Below, piece by piece: positions 24,959-39,626 of a stretch of DNA of 64,000 bases. The stretch comes from Malacoraja senta (Eukaryota): positions 14,262,001 to 14,326,000 of the forward strand of contig CM075989.1 of assembly GCA_038087875.1 (NCBI GenBank), written 5' to 3'. The translations under genes and the position numbers were made by a program. The notes under the pieces are model-generated. The model made no database searches, was not told the DNA's origin, and was given only the letters and a program-made list of their open reading frames with translations. How positions within the stretch are numbered: position 1 is the stretch's first letter; each line of letters begins with the position of its first letter.

Positions 24959-26697
24959 ATCCGGACTCTGGCCCATTATTATCTTCCTATCAATGTTAAT
25001 GGCATTATCACAGAAACATGCCCTTGTACATGATTGAAAAAGGCAACTGGTCCCATTCCTTGGATCTTTTCATGAATATTTTTATAAATATGTTATAAAC
25101 TTGTTCATTCTTTCCTATTAAAATATATATATAGCTTCCTGCCTTAAAAATAAAATGTGTTAATTTATATTAAGTGTTTTTCAGTAGGTCCCATTATAGT
25201 ACGTGTTTATCTTTATCATGGTGATAGTACGAGTCCACAATTTTCATATAATCTCAGCGTCAGTCTAAATTACTTTAACAAATTTGCATTGTTGAATTGG
25301 CAAATTTGCATTGAATCATTTTTGGAAAAATGTTGTTGCTGTTGGTTTCAGGGGCACTATCCAAAGATTACAATGCCTGTTTTGTGTAGTTTATATATGC
25401 AAAGTCTGCATTTCATTTTGTGAACTGAATTATATAAGACAGATAATGAATATACCCTACTTCAAATTCAAAATACAGCCAATGCTGGAAATCTAAAATA
25501 AGAACTGAAAATGTTGGAAATGATTAGTAGATCAGGCATCATCTATGGAGAGAAAAGTAAAATGGAGAAACAAAGATATTAACTCTCTGTACAGACATCA
25601 GAAGAAAAATAAGCGAGCTCATTTAGAAAGCTAATCAAATCATCCAAAGTGTTCAATAATACTCTTGTGCAATGATTTCATCATTTTTTCATTTGAAAAG
25701 ATTGATAATGATTTTAAAATTGTAGGGAAACCAATAGTGATTTTATTGAGCCTCAATATTCAATAACCTACTTGAAAAAGATTACATTTAGTATCAACTG
25801 AAAATGTTTTTGCCATAGTCGATAAACCTTGTTTCTCAGCGTTGCATATGAATGTTTAATAGAGGCAATACCATTTTCCAGAGAGTTATGAAAGTGACTA
25901 TAATAGAATAAAAGTGAAAGTGGCCTCTATAGCTGCATGTTGGAATAATATCAATAAACTTCTTGGTAAACCAAGTAAACAAGTTGAACTACTTTAATTA
26001 GCTTGGGATTTGCTACAACTACTTCTAATTATAAGTAGAATAAAATTTTAAGTGCAACTTTCTTCATGGACTTAACACCATACTCAATCTTGAGTTGCAA
26101 GCTGACTATTAGTCTTCCTTTTTCTGTACAGCCGCATCCAGCCTGTTTCTTCGAGTTCATTACTCCTTTTCCAATTCATTAATCCTTTTAATAATAAAAC
26201 CATTTATTGTGGGAATATGAGAAAGAAGCAGAGTGTGCATGTTTATTTCGACCGAAATCAACTTTATTTATGATTAATTAGTTTAAAAATTATATCTTCA
26301 GCCTCTCCATGGCTCATGATGAGCTAGAACATTAATGAAACAAAATAAATTCCGGTCCTGCAGAACCACAAAGTCGAACAACTTCCCAAACATAGTCTAT
26401 GCCAGCGGCAACAATTCTCCTGACATCTCATTTGTCTCAGTCTCAAGTAATTGTTAAAGAAAAATTGCAATGATGGAAGAAAAATGTTTTCCAGGTGGCA
26501 GTATGCAGCTAAACACATTATGCAAAAGGTTGTTAATTGAAGTTAATTCCTCTCATATAAATTTAATTCATAATCTGATGAATTGTTTCTGAATGGTGCT
26601 CAGTCAATAAGACAAAATTCCTAAATTAAATAAGAAAAAGTGATTTATTAAATGGTGATCATTGCTGAACTGTGCTTTTTATCTACTATCTTTTTAA

Positions 26698-27066
<369 letters not shown>

Positions 27067-27359
27067 TAAGGTGTTTCATTGTCAGATAATCGTGACCACA
27101 ACTGCATACAGTATTTCAAATGTGGTATCACCAATGACACTGTACAGCTGCAACGTGATGTCCCAACTTTGTAGTAAATACCCTTCCCATTGAAGATAAG
27201 CATGCCAAATGCCTCCTTCACCACCCTGCCTTTCTTCACTCAAGCCTGAAAATTCTTGGTGAAGAAAAGACAGAGTGGATAAGAAGGTCCTCTTGGACTA
27301 AGCATTGACTTGGTGACTGTTGCAACATACACTTACGCTTGTGCTGCCAAGGCCTGTTG

Positions 27360-27925
27360 GATCTCCTGGATGCTAACTATTTTAACCCCCATTCCCATTC
27401 CCATACTAACCTTTCTGTCCTGGGCCTCCTCCATTGCCAGAATGAGGCACATGCTAACTCGAGGAATAGCACCTCACAGTCCACTTGGGTAGCTTACAAC
27501 CTAATGGTATGAACATTGAATTTTCCAATTTTAGGTAACTAACTAACCCCTCTTCCCCATTTATCCCCCTCTCTTCCCAGTGCCCCTTTATCTGGATGTG
27601 CACCCATGTTTCCCTCTATACTGCCCCTCCTTTTCCCTGACCCTTTCCACCTATGTCCCGACCCCTGGCTTCACATCTTCTCTCCTTATCTCACACTTTA
27701 GCTTTCCTTTCTTATCTGGCCTTTGTCCCTACGTTGGCTAACAAAAACCCTCTCATCTGTATGCAACAATCATTTGCCAGGCTTTGTTCCATCACCATCT
27801 CTCTGCCAGCTTTCTCTCCCCTCCTACATTCACTCTGAAGAAGGGACCCGACACAAATCGTCTCCTACCCATGGCCTTAGAGATGCTGTCTGACCTGCTG
27901 AGTTACTCCAGCACTTTGTGTCTTA
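27360..27925 (+). mobile_element. Penelope-like retroelement 3' fragment (GIY-YIG endonuclease end plus 3' repeat)
   Basis: Frameshifted reading YFNPHSHSHTNLSVLGLLHCQNEA…HLGSLQPNGMNIEFSNFR*, then a pyrimidine-rich UTR, then ctctgaagaagggacccgac…ctgctgagttactccagc. Confidence 0.75.
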
Positions 27926-29999
27926 ATGTCTGATGTTAGTATGGATGAGTTAGGCTGAAGGGCCTGTTTCCATGCTGTACAACTCTCTATACACCAACCC
28001 ACTTTGTTCAGTTTAATGATTTCATATTCGTACATTTGGGCAGATAAGTCCAAGTTGGAATTGACATAGGTAGATGATTGCACGCTGAAATATTCTTAAT
28101 CCTTGGGTTTATAATTAGATGTACTTTTCCTAAGGATGCATTTAGAAAAAACTTGACGTTTTTTTCTCCTTGATATCTGGCCATATTGTTTCTGCACAGC
28201 AACCCTAGTATATGCTCTGATTTTGTTTTTGAAACCGATTGTGTATTTTTTTTCTAATTCAGCCACATTTTTTGTGGTGTTTTGTAATTATTCCTTCCCT
28301 TCGTATCAAGCTCAGTGTGATTTGTCAATCCTGCTCAGTCCTTACAGGGTCCCACATTCTCTGGAAGGACATAATGCCTTAAATTCTACTTGCGATTTAT
28401 TCCTGGCATTACACAACAACACATAATTAATTATTTGATCAAATGTTTCTTTTACAAAACAGAAAAAAATAGAGCATCTTCCTACTCTCCACGAGGAGTG
28501 CCTATAATATGTTATATACCATAAATTGGCACCGTGTTAAAAGCTACAATTTTATTTTAGTTCAGATGGATTTATAAACTGTTTTAATCTATTGGTTTTG
28601 AATATCTTCTGAACCATCCATCAGATTACAATCTTTTAATTCACTTCCAGAATTGTTTGTTAGGTTTGAATTTTCAATTTAGGTTGGTAATGCAGTCAGA
28701 ATTTCATTATATCCATATAAATGTTTCAGCATGGCCATGGCAGTAAACTATAACTTAATTTGTTTTTGCTTGTTCACCCTCAGCATACTTTTTTTTTTCA
28801 TCCCACCATGTAAACCTCTGGAAACATATCGACAATTTGCAGCTGGCAAATGTCTGTCACAATGAAATGAATATTAAACTCCAGGTGACTTACAAATGTT
28901 ACATGAAAATCAAATTGGAAAAACGTTCAAAACTTTCAAATAAAATTGAAGATGGCTGAAATAAAGTTAATCATTTCATCAAATGCAAATTAAGGCACAT
29001 TTCCACATGGGCCTATTTCTTTTTTCTTTTCAAATTTCAAATGTACTGATCATGTTTTCAAAACTCGAAACAATGTTGTTAATGTAAAATAGAATCAGAA
29101 AATGTTGGAAATTCTCAGCAGGTTAAGTAGTATACAGAGAGAAAGAAGCAGAATATTTATCTCAGGTTGACGTTTTCTCACCTGAACTGGAAAATGTGAA
29201 TGTTTTTAGGATGTGGAGAGCCAGTGGTAAAAAGATAAATATTAAATGATAAAAGTAGGTTGTGAAAGAAATTTCAGGATATATTGAGACAAAATAAAGA
29301 AATAAAAATTAGTTTGGGAGTTCATTACCAATCTGTTGATGATTTGAAGAGCCATATGATCCATCTGACCCAAATGGGAGTTCCGTAATCAATTTATGCA
29401 ATAATTTAAGTCGGACTTCCAAAGTGACATGTGACAGAATATTTTTTTTACATTCAGTGCTAAAACGAAATAATGAACGATAAATTCAGCTGATCTCTGT
29501 TTTGCTAAGCAGAATGAAAACGCCCTTAAATTTAAACTGTATTACGAATTTAGCTGCTACAACATCCCAATGTTTCTAATTCCATTTACCTGATACCTGC
29601 ACATGGATACTATCTGTGGTGACTGTGAATGAGACCAGGGCTATAGATGTGAAGGGGTTTTATTTAGCAGACATTCAGGAGTAGACCCGGTGGAAGATTC
29701 TCTCCTGGGAGAGGCTCCCAGTAGAGTCTCCCTCAACTTGATTTTTTTTGTTCTTTGAAGAACAAAGATAGCAGCAGGTGGTTGAATACAATTTCACAAG
29801 TCACAATTGCGCAGCTTGCTTCAGAATTTTGAGTGCAGACAAAAGGTTCCATTGAATGGGAGCACATCATAACTAACAAGAAACTTCTGAAAGTTTAAGC
29901 ACCTTTGCTAAGACAAAATTATTCACATGGATGGTTTTAAATCTTCTCAGGACCTCAGATGCTCAAAATTAGTGCAGCCAGGGCTGAGCCACTAGATAC

Positions 30000-31445
30000 A
30001 CAAAGTACCCCCAACTGTTGAGCAAAAACAAACTGGCAGTGGAACTGAATGGGTCAGGCAACTTCTGTGGAAGGTAATGGACAGATGATGTTTTATGTTG
30101 TGACCATTCTTCAGACTGATGGAGTAGAGGGAGGATAAGGTGAGGAGAAGGAGTGGAGCAAGCGCTGGCAAGCGATAAGTTGGCAGAAAACTCAGATGGG
30201 TAGGAGAAGTAGGATTCTGATAAATCTCCTCTGCGCCCTTTCTAAAGCCTCCACGTCCTTTCTGTAATGGGGTGACCAAATGTGGCTTAACTAAAGTCCT
30301 ATAAAGCTGCATCATTACCTCCTGATCCTTAAAATGCCTCAGCCAATGAAGACAAGCATGCAATACCTTTTGTGTGGGAAAGAACTGCAGATGCTGGTTT
30401 AAATCGAAGGTAGACACAAAATGCTAGAGTAACTCAGCGGGACAGGCAGCATGCAATATACTTTATTTACCACTCTTCTTGTGTTGCCACTTTCAGGGAG
30501 TTATGGGCTTGGACCCCAAGATCCCTCTATACATCAATGCTGTTAAGGGACATGTCATTAATTGTTTATTTTCCCCTTAGCTTCAACCTCCCAAAGTGCA
30601 ACACCTTCACCCTTGCTCAGATTAAATCCAACAGATTAAGCCATTTTCACCGGCCTCCTCTGTGGCCGATTCATCTCCCGTTGTATACTTTGACAGCCAT
30701 CCTCACAGTCCGCAACCCCAGTACCTTAGTGCCATCTGCAAACTTACTAACAATGTGGTTAATTAGGGCAAAGCCATAGATGTTGCCTATAGACTTCAGA
30801 AAGGCATTTGGAGCATGGCAAGATGCTCTGGCAGGTTAGATTGCATGGGATCCAGGGAAGCAACCGTCTGGATAGAGAATTGGCTTCATTGAAGGAAGCA
30901 GAGGGTGATGATGGAAGATTATTTTTTTGACTGGAGGCAATTGATTAGTGGTGTACCTCAAGGATCGGATCTGGGCCCATTGCTGTTTGTGGGTTATACC
31001 ATTGATTTGGATGAGATTGTTGATGGCATGATTAGTAATTTTGTAGATGGTGCTAAAGTGGGTGAAGATGGTTATCAAAAATTACAGCACGAACTTGATC
31101 AGGGGCAAATGAGCTGAGGAATGGTTGATTAATCTTAATGCAGATAAGTGTGAGGTGTTGCATTTTGGCAAGGTAATCCATGGCAGGGCCTTGTGGAAAG
31201 TTGTAGAGCAGAGGGATCCAGGAGCGCAGCTACATACTGCAATGAAAGTGGTATTACAGGATGTTCGGGTGGTCAAGAAGGCTTTTAGTCTTCAGACTAG
31301 TGGGTCTCGAGAAGGTCATCCTTCTCGAGACCCGAAACATCATCCATTCCTTCTCTCTAGAGATGCTGCCTGTCCTGCTGAATTACTTCAGCATTTTGTG
31401 TCTATCTCCAGTTTAAGCCAGCATCTGCAGTTCCTTCCTACACAA
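30000..31445. mobile_element. Cluster of decayed CR1 fragments (both strands) and Penelope-derived repeats
   Basis: EVMMQLYRTLVKPHL (minus); SGVPQGSDLGPLLF and NADKCEVLHFGK (plus); Penelope tails at 30.0-30.2, 30.38-30.45 and 31.3-31.45 kb. Confidence 0.75.
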
Positions 31446-34169
31446 ATGCAACTTGGATGAAGTTTGGTCCAAGAGATACTCCCTGTTTTTTTTCCTGAAG
31501 GACAAGACAGCCACTAACTCTGGTCAGATATGTTAAAAGGGGCAAATTTTGCTTTTTATAGTTGATTTACATGAAAGACAGAAGCAATTAGTTCAAATTT
31601 GGAGGAAAATGTATGTAATCATATTAATTCAATGTGACAATACTGTTTTGTATTGCTGTGGCTAACTAACTTGAATACCAAGTAGTTTTTAGGTTTTAAT
31701 ATTCAGTGGCTGATTGAAATATTAAGAGTTATCACTATGTAGAGTGAAATGTCATCGCCCGCAATAAATGTTGAAGATCCATCAATTCCCAACTACGGTT
31801 TCGTGTTAAGTAACTTTCGAATTTGAAATAAACAGAATGACAAATCACCCTTTAAAAGTAATTATGATTTCCCTAAGGGTCTAACATGTGGTATTACCAA
31901 TGAGAATGCTAAGTATGTTCCTCACAAGTTTACGATCAATCAACAAAATTACAAACAAATTGATTATTACTGCTGCCCCTGATCTATCAAAGAGCAGTTC
32001 ATGTCTTCAATCTTTGCCATGTCATCGATTGATTCTGTGTTTAATGAGGACATATGACTTCAATTCATCCTGTGAATGATAGTTTGGGAACAATAATTGT
32101 CACCAATAATTTTACAGAAGGAATTAGCCTCACACAATAGCAGATTAACAGATAGGCTAGGCCCACATCTCTTTAGATGCATATATTTTTACCTCGTAAT
32201 ATTTGGATTCAGTCAGAAGCAGATTGTGATGAGCATTTCCTATAACTGCACAAACTTTAATTAAGATGAGTATTTGTGTGTCTTGATGAGTTTGCGAGAG
32301 TTTCCCAACTGGATCCCATATTTACCATGTCTTAGTATTGGGAAGCTGAAGAGTGAAATTGTATTACTTATCTGAGGAGTTAATGTAAAGGACTAACTAA
32401 GTTATCCAGAGTAGTAAGGACCAGGTTACAGTAATGAAAAGATTTGTAAGTTATTCCAGACTTGTAAAGAAGATCAAATCTTATGGAACCATCACCTTTC
32501 CCGTGCGTGCTGCCCTTACAAGTCTCCACCCTCCCCTTGGCACCAATCCTTATATGGAGGCCATTCCTCTGCTACCTTCTTACTGTGAAGATGTAGTTAT
32601 GAGTCGTAGCTAAGTGGAAACCAGGATCTGTCTGGGACATTATGGAGAGAGATGGAGATTGGCGTCACCATTGTGAGTGAAGGAATGTAACTGAGCCAGG
32701 GCTCATTGATGAAGAAGACGGAAACTACAAAGAATATCTACTCGAGTGAAACCGGAGGAGTAAATGGAATACAACTGAGAGCAGTATTTGTAAGATAAAC
32801 CTCATGACTGCAGACCAACTATGGTACTCCTCTAAGTCACAGAGAAGCAAACCTACATGACACGAGTTCGCTTCTGTGTGAGCATCTCACTCAATTCTTG
32901 GAGCTCAAATTAAGTTTGTGTTAATTAGGTCAAATCATGCATTGTAAACCATTGGAGCCCAGATGCCTGTGTGTCTGCCCTATACACATGGAACTCAGAA
33001 CAAATTTAATGTTCCACAAGAACTGTGCAGTAATGAGATGAAATTCCTCTAGTGTATGCATAAAACTGTTGCGCTGCAGGAAAGAAAATGTTTACAGCTA
33101 CAGCAACCACAACTTGTAGTTACATGATGCCTTAATTATAATGATATGTCCCAATGGGGATTGATGCCATCTGATCACAAGGTGGAATGACTAAAATCAT
33201 GGATGTGCCCAGGGATCTTGGAGAATTGTAAGGCCATCCTGAACAAGGCTGTTCCAGGATGAGAAATTTAAGACCAAATCGTAGGGGTTTGAAGGTCAGT
33301 GAATGGAGGAGCATGGATGACAGACTTGATGCGAATTAGGAGAAACAAAAGATGGAATTAACTTAAGGTTGTGATGGATGATGAGAGGGCTTAAAATGAG
33401 TTCACTGTCACTCACACGTTTCGTAAATATTATGTTTTTCAATTGTTTAGTTAACATTATCTTCTGCTTTCGAGCAGAATTACCAAGAGGTAAGAATTTG
33501 AAACTTTGATTCAAACAGGCTGGATAAGATTTCTGAAAAAGAGGAGAAATGAGCGGGAAGCAGAAACTTATTTCAGCTACAACTGCAAGGAATCATCTTG
33601 CCTGAAATAGAAGTATGATTTAATCAAACATTGACATGTTACTGAAGTCAATCATCAATGATATTGTTGGAATAGAGCCATTGATAAAGTGCATTTTGCA
33701 GTTAGAAGTGGTGGTCAGTCTAGAATTATGGAGACTGAATCGTTGATGATGTTTAAAGAGGAGATATATAATTTTTTAAATCATGGAATTGAGTGCTACG
33801 AGGAACTGTCATAGAGGAGGACTTGAGTCTGGGGCAGATCAGCCACGATCGTAAGGAATGGCGGGGCAGGTTTCAGGGGCAGAGAGGCTTACTTATAATC
33901 TCTTGTTTTCATTTCTCAAATGTATAAGAACTGGGGTGGAAAATTTGTTACCACTGCACCTGGCATAATTTAATTGAACTGCACCTCTGCAAAATTCAAT
34001 TTATGACAACTTTAGCTATGCATAATGCAAACTGATAATGTGACAGTGAGGAAAATTGGGATCTGAGGGAAAAGGGCAAGCAATTTTGTAACTATTTAAC
34101 TAATACGAATGATGGATTGGGAAATAAGCAAGAAAAGGGTTAAGAAGAAAGACAACTTAATTAATTGAT

Positions 34170-34840
34170 AAAGTTGACAACAAAGTGGTAATACAAGTAG
34201 ACAGAATGGTAAAGAAGGTGTATGGTATGTTTGCTTCCATCAACCTAGGCATGAAGTATAAGAATTAGTAAGTAACGTAGCAGCTTTATGAAACATTGGT
34301 GAGACTGTATTTCAAGTAATTGTGTACAGTTCTGGGCGCACCATTAGATAAGATGTGGAGGCTTTGGAGAGGATGCAGAAGAGATTTACCAGAATGCTGC
34401 TTGGATTAGAGGCTATGATCTATAAGGAAAGGTTAGACAAACTTGGATGTTTTCTCTGGAGTGTCAGAGACTGAGGGGAAACCTGATAGAATTATATCAA
34501 ATTCTAAGATGGATAGATAAGGTTGATGGTCAGAACCTTTTTTTCCAGGGTGGAAGTGTCAAAGACTAGAGGGCATAGTTTTAGGTCAGTGGGGGGGGGA
34601 ATTTAAAGGATATGTACGGGACAAGTATTTTACACAGAAAGTGGTGGATGCCTGGAAAGTGTTGCCAGGGTTAGTGGTGGGAGCAGATACATTAGTAGCA
34701 TTTAAAACGCATATGGATATGCATGGAATGATGGAATATGGATCACGTGAAGGTAAGAAAGATTAGTTTAACTTGACATCATGTTGGGCATATACATTGT
34801 GGGAGGAATAGTCCGCACCTGTGCTATACTATTCTAAGTT
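34170..34840 (+). mobile_element. Decayed CR1 LINE 3' portion
   Basis: gctttggagaggatgcagaagagatttaccagaatgctg…gtcaaagactagagggcatag, matching the CR1 C-terminus. Confidence 0.8.
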
Positions 34841-35732
34841 TATGTGCAGAAAGATTGTGTCCATGAATTGCTAAATAAACTCTTTCCAATCAGTTAGAGT
34901 TAATGCACTGTCATGTGAGTAACTTGTAAACGCTGGAATTTAACTTGCTGCAATGCCATCCTAGATATGGAGAAACAGAAGCTGTGGTTCCTATTAAACA
35001 GTAAACCTAGCACTATTTTTGTTGGGAATGAATGGTCCAGTGGCACAGCAGACAGTGCTCCTGCCTCTCTGTTCCAGCGACCCAGGTTTGATCCTGATTT
35101 CTGGTGCTGGCTGTGCAAAGTTCTTACATTTTCCATGGAGCTGTGTTGAATTGCACCAATGTCTCAAGGATGTGATGGTTGATAGGTTTGTTGGCCGCTA
35201 TATATTGCCCCCTCCTCTATGTGTGTCGTAGGAGAATCAGAGAGGAGTTAATGGGCATATTGGGGAGAATAGTTTGTGAGTCATTGGTCTGAGAGCCAGA
35301 ATAATCTCAGTGATCCATGTGCCATTTTTTCTGTACTGTAAGGAAATATAAAATAAGAAATGTAATTTGCATTTCCAGATTTTCTTTCTCACTTTTTATT
35401 TCTCTGAATTTATTCTCCCTTACCATGTGTTTTTTTCACAACTCTTCACACTACATAACAATCTATTATATTTTTTAATTTATTTAAATACATTTCTAGT
35501 TTATATAATGAGAATCATGAAACAATGTTTTAGTTTGAAGAGTCAATTTACAGCATTGGTAACGGTGATTATCTGTGATTGGAAGAAGGCTCTGAGCAAC
35601 CTCTTCCACTTCACTAATAATGTACTGAGCTATTGCATGTTATTTATAAATCATAACTGTCCAAATAAGCACTCAGATAATTAGTTCCATTGTAAAATAG
35701 AAAAAAATTAAACAACTATATCTTTTCCACAG

Positions 35733-35848
35733 AGAAGAGAACGGACAAATCTGCTGTTTCTGGAGCAATTAGAATGAAAATCGCTGTTGAAATTAAAGGA
35801 GAAGAGAAAGTGGCCCCGTATCATGTGCAGTACACATGCTTACATGAG
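35733..35848 (+). CDS. UNC13C: UNC13C coding exon: end of C2B
   Basis: (E)[38 protein letters not shown]; ccacAG / GTGAGG; 116 nt. Confidence 0.96.
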
Positions 35849-36029
35849 GTGAGGGAACAGAGTAAATATGTGCATTTATATAACATTGCATGAGGCCATC
35901 TTGGATATTGACATTGAGTCAGAGAGTGGCCAAGGATGGATGTATGTGAGCAATGCTGTTGAATGGGGATCAAATCTGGAGGTAGGCTGGCTGAAAACAG
36001 ACAAGTGCCACAAGTGATCATGATGATCA

Positions 36030-36600
36030 ATTTTAGTCCTCAGTCTTTTGGTCAGGGTTGTGGAGAGGCTGCTTTGGGATGGATTACAGCAAGGATGTGG
36101 AGGCATTGCAATGGGTGCAGAAGAGGTTTACCAGAATTCTGTTTGGATTAGGGGCTACTAACTATAAAGAGCAATTGGGCAAACTTGGATTGTTTTCTCT
36201 GGAGCATAAGAAGCTAATGGGAGACCTGATAGAAGTTTATAAAATTATGGAAGGCACAGATGGGGTAAACAAACAGATTCATTTTCCCAGGGTGGAAATG
36301 TCAAAGACTAGAGAGCACAGCTTTAAAGTGAGAGGGGGGGGGGGGGGGGGAGTTTAAAGGAGATGTGTGCAGCAAGTTTTATACACAGAAAGTTGTGATT
36401 TTACACAGAAAGTACGTGCTCCAAGCATGGTGGTGGAGGCAAATATGATCATGCCATTTAAGGGGCTCCTAGATAGACATGTGGATAAGCAGGGAATGAA
36501 AGGATGTGGAGCATGTGCAGGCAAAGATGATTAGTTTAACTTGGTATTATGTTCCGCACAGACATTATGGACTGAAGGACCTGTTGCTGTGCTGTCTATT
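36030..36600 (+). mobile_element. Decayed CR1 LINE 3' portion
   Basis: YSKDVEALQWVQKRFTRILFGL…LGLFSLEHKKLMGDLIEVYKIM. Confidence 0.85.
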
Positions 36601-36821
36601 ATAATTAGTGTGAGTGGGGGTTTGGGGGAAAGAAAAATTAATGGTGAGGATGAAGAAAATGTTCATCTGTGACTATAAAAAAGAACAAATGTCAGAAGAA
36701 GTGAAATAGAATAGAAGGAAAAAGCACTGCTTACCTTCATGGGGTGTGGCTTTGTTCCCAAATATACCCTGCGACATTTGTTCCCTGAACCACTTGGTCT
36801 AATTTACCTTGCAACACTCTA

Positions 36822-37580
36822 AAGCACCAAGTTCCTGGGAGTACACATCACAGATGATCAGACATGGTCCACCAACACCATCTCCCTAGTCAAGAAAGCA
36901 CAGCAACGCCTCCACTTCCTTCGACGGATGAGGAGAGCCGACCTCCCCCCTTCTGCCCTCACAACTTTTTACAGGGGTGCCATTGAGAGCATTCTTACCA
37001 GCAGTCTCTCAGTCTGGTATGGCAGTTGCTCTGCTGCTGACCAGAAGGCCCTACAGAGAGTGGTGAGGACAGCGGAGAAGATCACTAGATCACCCCAACC
37101 AGCAATCCAGGACTTATACCCATCTCGCTGTCGCAAGAGAGCAACCAATATCATCAAAGACACCACCCACCCAGCACACAAACTGTTCACCCTCCTACCA
37201 TCCGGCAAGCGCTACCGCAGCATGCGGAGCAAAACCACAAGATTCAAAAACAGCTTTTTCCCTCAGGCCATCAGACTACTCAACACACTCAAGAAAATAC
37301 CATGAACATTACACAAACAAAGACCAACTGACTGTCAAATTAACTTTAACCCAATGTCTGCAGTATGCTATTTGCACTTTTCTATATTGCACCTTTTATT
37401 AATGAATATTTTATATAATGTATATGTCCATTGTCTATTTTTATTGGTATATTGTCTGTCTGTGTTATAAATATTACGTGCACATTGGAGTATGGGGAAA
37501 CGCAATTTCAATCCTCTGTGTAACTACTTGTTGCATTATTTGAATTGACAATAAAGTTATTATTACTATTACTATTACTA
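36822..37580 (+). mobile_element. Rex1/Babar LINE 3' fragment
   Basis: KFLGVHITDD…KKAQQRLHFLRR…LTTFYRGAIESILTSSLSVWYGSC…LLPSGKRYRS…FKNSFFPQAIRLLN; AATAAA plus (tattac)n tail. Confidence 0.9.
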
Positions 37581-38144
37581 GAAGAAGTCTACTATTGGGA
37601 ATGGCATTATCCAACACTCAATCGATGCAGAAATCATATCGGGTGTGGATTGGTGAATCACAGCTGGAAATGCCCAGTTGGATTTCTGGAGTGGAGTCTT
37701 GGCCCAGAAATGGTCTAACTCATGTTCTTTGCTGGAAATAATCAATCTTCAAAAATTCTCAAAAAGCTCTGAAAAGAAAGTCAATACGATACACCTGAAT
37801 TTCTAGACTAGTAACATAAACTGTATTGAATCTACCTTTTATCAAAAATGTTCAATTTTTGAGCTATTTAACCACTGAATTATTATCCGCCTGTTGTGTT
37901 TGAATTTGTGGTTGACTATGTCACTTGTATTTTGATCCATTTTCTGTAAAACAATTTGACACAAGAGAATTTGTAATACCTTGCATCTTCTTGATGTAGC
38001 TTTGTTTCCCTTTAATATTCACAGATTAATATTTTCTTTATGCTGCTTTAAAATGGGAATATAATTTGAATAAAATGAATAGTTTTTATAGACTATCTTC
38101 AAAATGGGAATATGCAGATTTAACACAACTGTTATTGCCTTCAG

Positions 38145-38308
38145 AACCTGTTCAATTATTTGACTGAAACAAAGTATAGCGGTGTTGTAAAAATCCCACA
38201 AGTGAAAGGAGATGAAGCATGGAAAGTGTACTTTGAAGATTACGCTCAAGAAATTGTGGATGAATTTGCAATGCGTTATGGAGTTGAATCAATTTATCAG
38301 GCCATGAC
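38145..38308 (+). CDS. UNC13C: UNC13C coding exon: start of MUN region
   Basis: [54 protein letters not shown](T); ttcAG / GTGAGT; 164 nt. Confidence 0.96.
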
Positions 38309-38919
38309 GTGAGTAACTATTTGTGATTTTTTTCTTTTTGACTTACCCAAAATCAGTTTTGGCTATAAAGAACCATTTTGTCAAGCAAGTGTTGCAGTTA
38401 TTATTGGATTAATTATCCCGATGAAGAATTCATATCATATAATTTACATTGACAATTTGAATTTGGATTTAAATATTCAGAATTAAATGCTGGTGCCAAT
38501 ATAAATGACCATGATGTGCCAGATTGTTGCACAGTTATCTGGTATATCAGTATCCTTTCATGATGGGAGCAACCTATCCTCACCTGGTTGGGGCTACACG
38601 TGGCATCAGTCCCTTCCTATCATGGTTACTTCTCAGTTCCCAAGAGAGGGTGTTGTGTGCAGGGTTGGTAAGTTCAATGGTCGCTGTAAATTGCCCTGAG
38701 TGTGCAGGTGGCTGTTAGACTCTGGGGGCAGGTGATGAGAATGTAGAGAGAATAACACAAACTTGCATTTATTGCTACAACCCAGACCTCAGCTAAATGA
38801 GTGGGACTGTGTGTTAACTGAGTGGGAGTGTCGCTGGGGGCTGGATGTGGAATCACAATGGAGACAGCGCTGAGCAGGCAGTGGTGACAGGACTGGCCGC
38901 AGGGCTGAGCAACATGCTG

Positions 38920-39625
38920 ACACTGCCCTGGGCACGGTGACCACACTGCCCCGGGCATGGTGACCACACTGCCCCGGGCACGGTGACCACACTGTCCCGG
39001 GCACGGTGACCACACTGTCCCGGGCACGGTGACCACACTGTCCCGGGCACGGTGACCACACTGTCCCGGGCACGGTGACCACACTGCCCTGGGCACGGTG
39101 ACCACACTGCCCCGGGCACGGTGATGACACTGCCCCTGGCACGGTGACCACACTGCCCTGGGCACGGTGACCACACTGCCCCGGGCACGGTGATGACACT
39201 GCCCCTGGCACGGTGACCACACTGCCCTGGGCACGGTGACCACACTGCCCCGGGCACGGTGACCACACTGCCCCAGGCACGGTGACCACACTGCCCCGGG
39301 CACGGTGACCACACTGCCCCGGGCACGGTGATGACACTGCCCTGGGTACGGTGACCACACTGCCCTGGGCACGGTGACCACACTGCCCCGGGCACGGTGA
39401 TGACACTGCCCCGGGCACGGTGACCACACTGCCCCGGGCACGGTGACCACACTGCCCTGGGCACGGTGACCACACTGCCCTGGGCACGGTGACCACACTG
39501 CCCCGGGCACGGTGACCACACTGCCCCGGGCACGGTGACCACACTGCCCCGGGCACGGTGACCACACTGCCCTGGGCACGGTGACCACACTGCCCTGGGC
39601 ACGGTGATGACACTGCCCTGGGCAC
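38920..39625. repeat. 23-bp GC-rich minisatellite, ~30 copies; resumes degenerately at 40590-40662
   Basis: Unit cacactgcccYgggcacggtgac; period 23 (for example 39001 vs 39024). Confidence 0.97.
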
Positions 39626-39626
39626 A

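Noticed and set aside
38920..39625. CRISPR-like array
   Set aside because: Units are contiguous with no unique spacers, no cas genes are present, and the context is a vertebrate intron.
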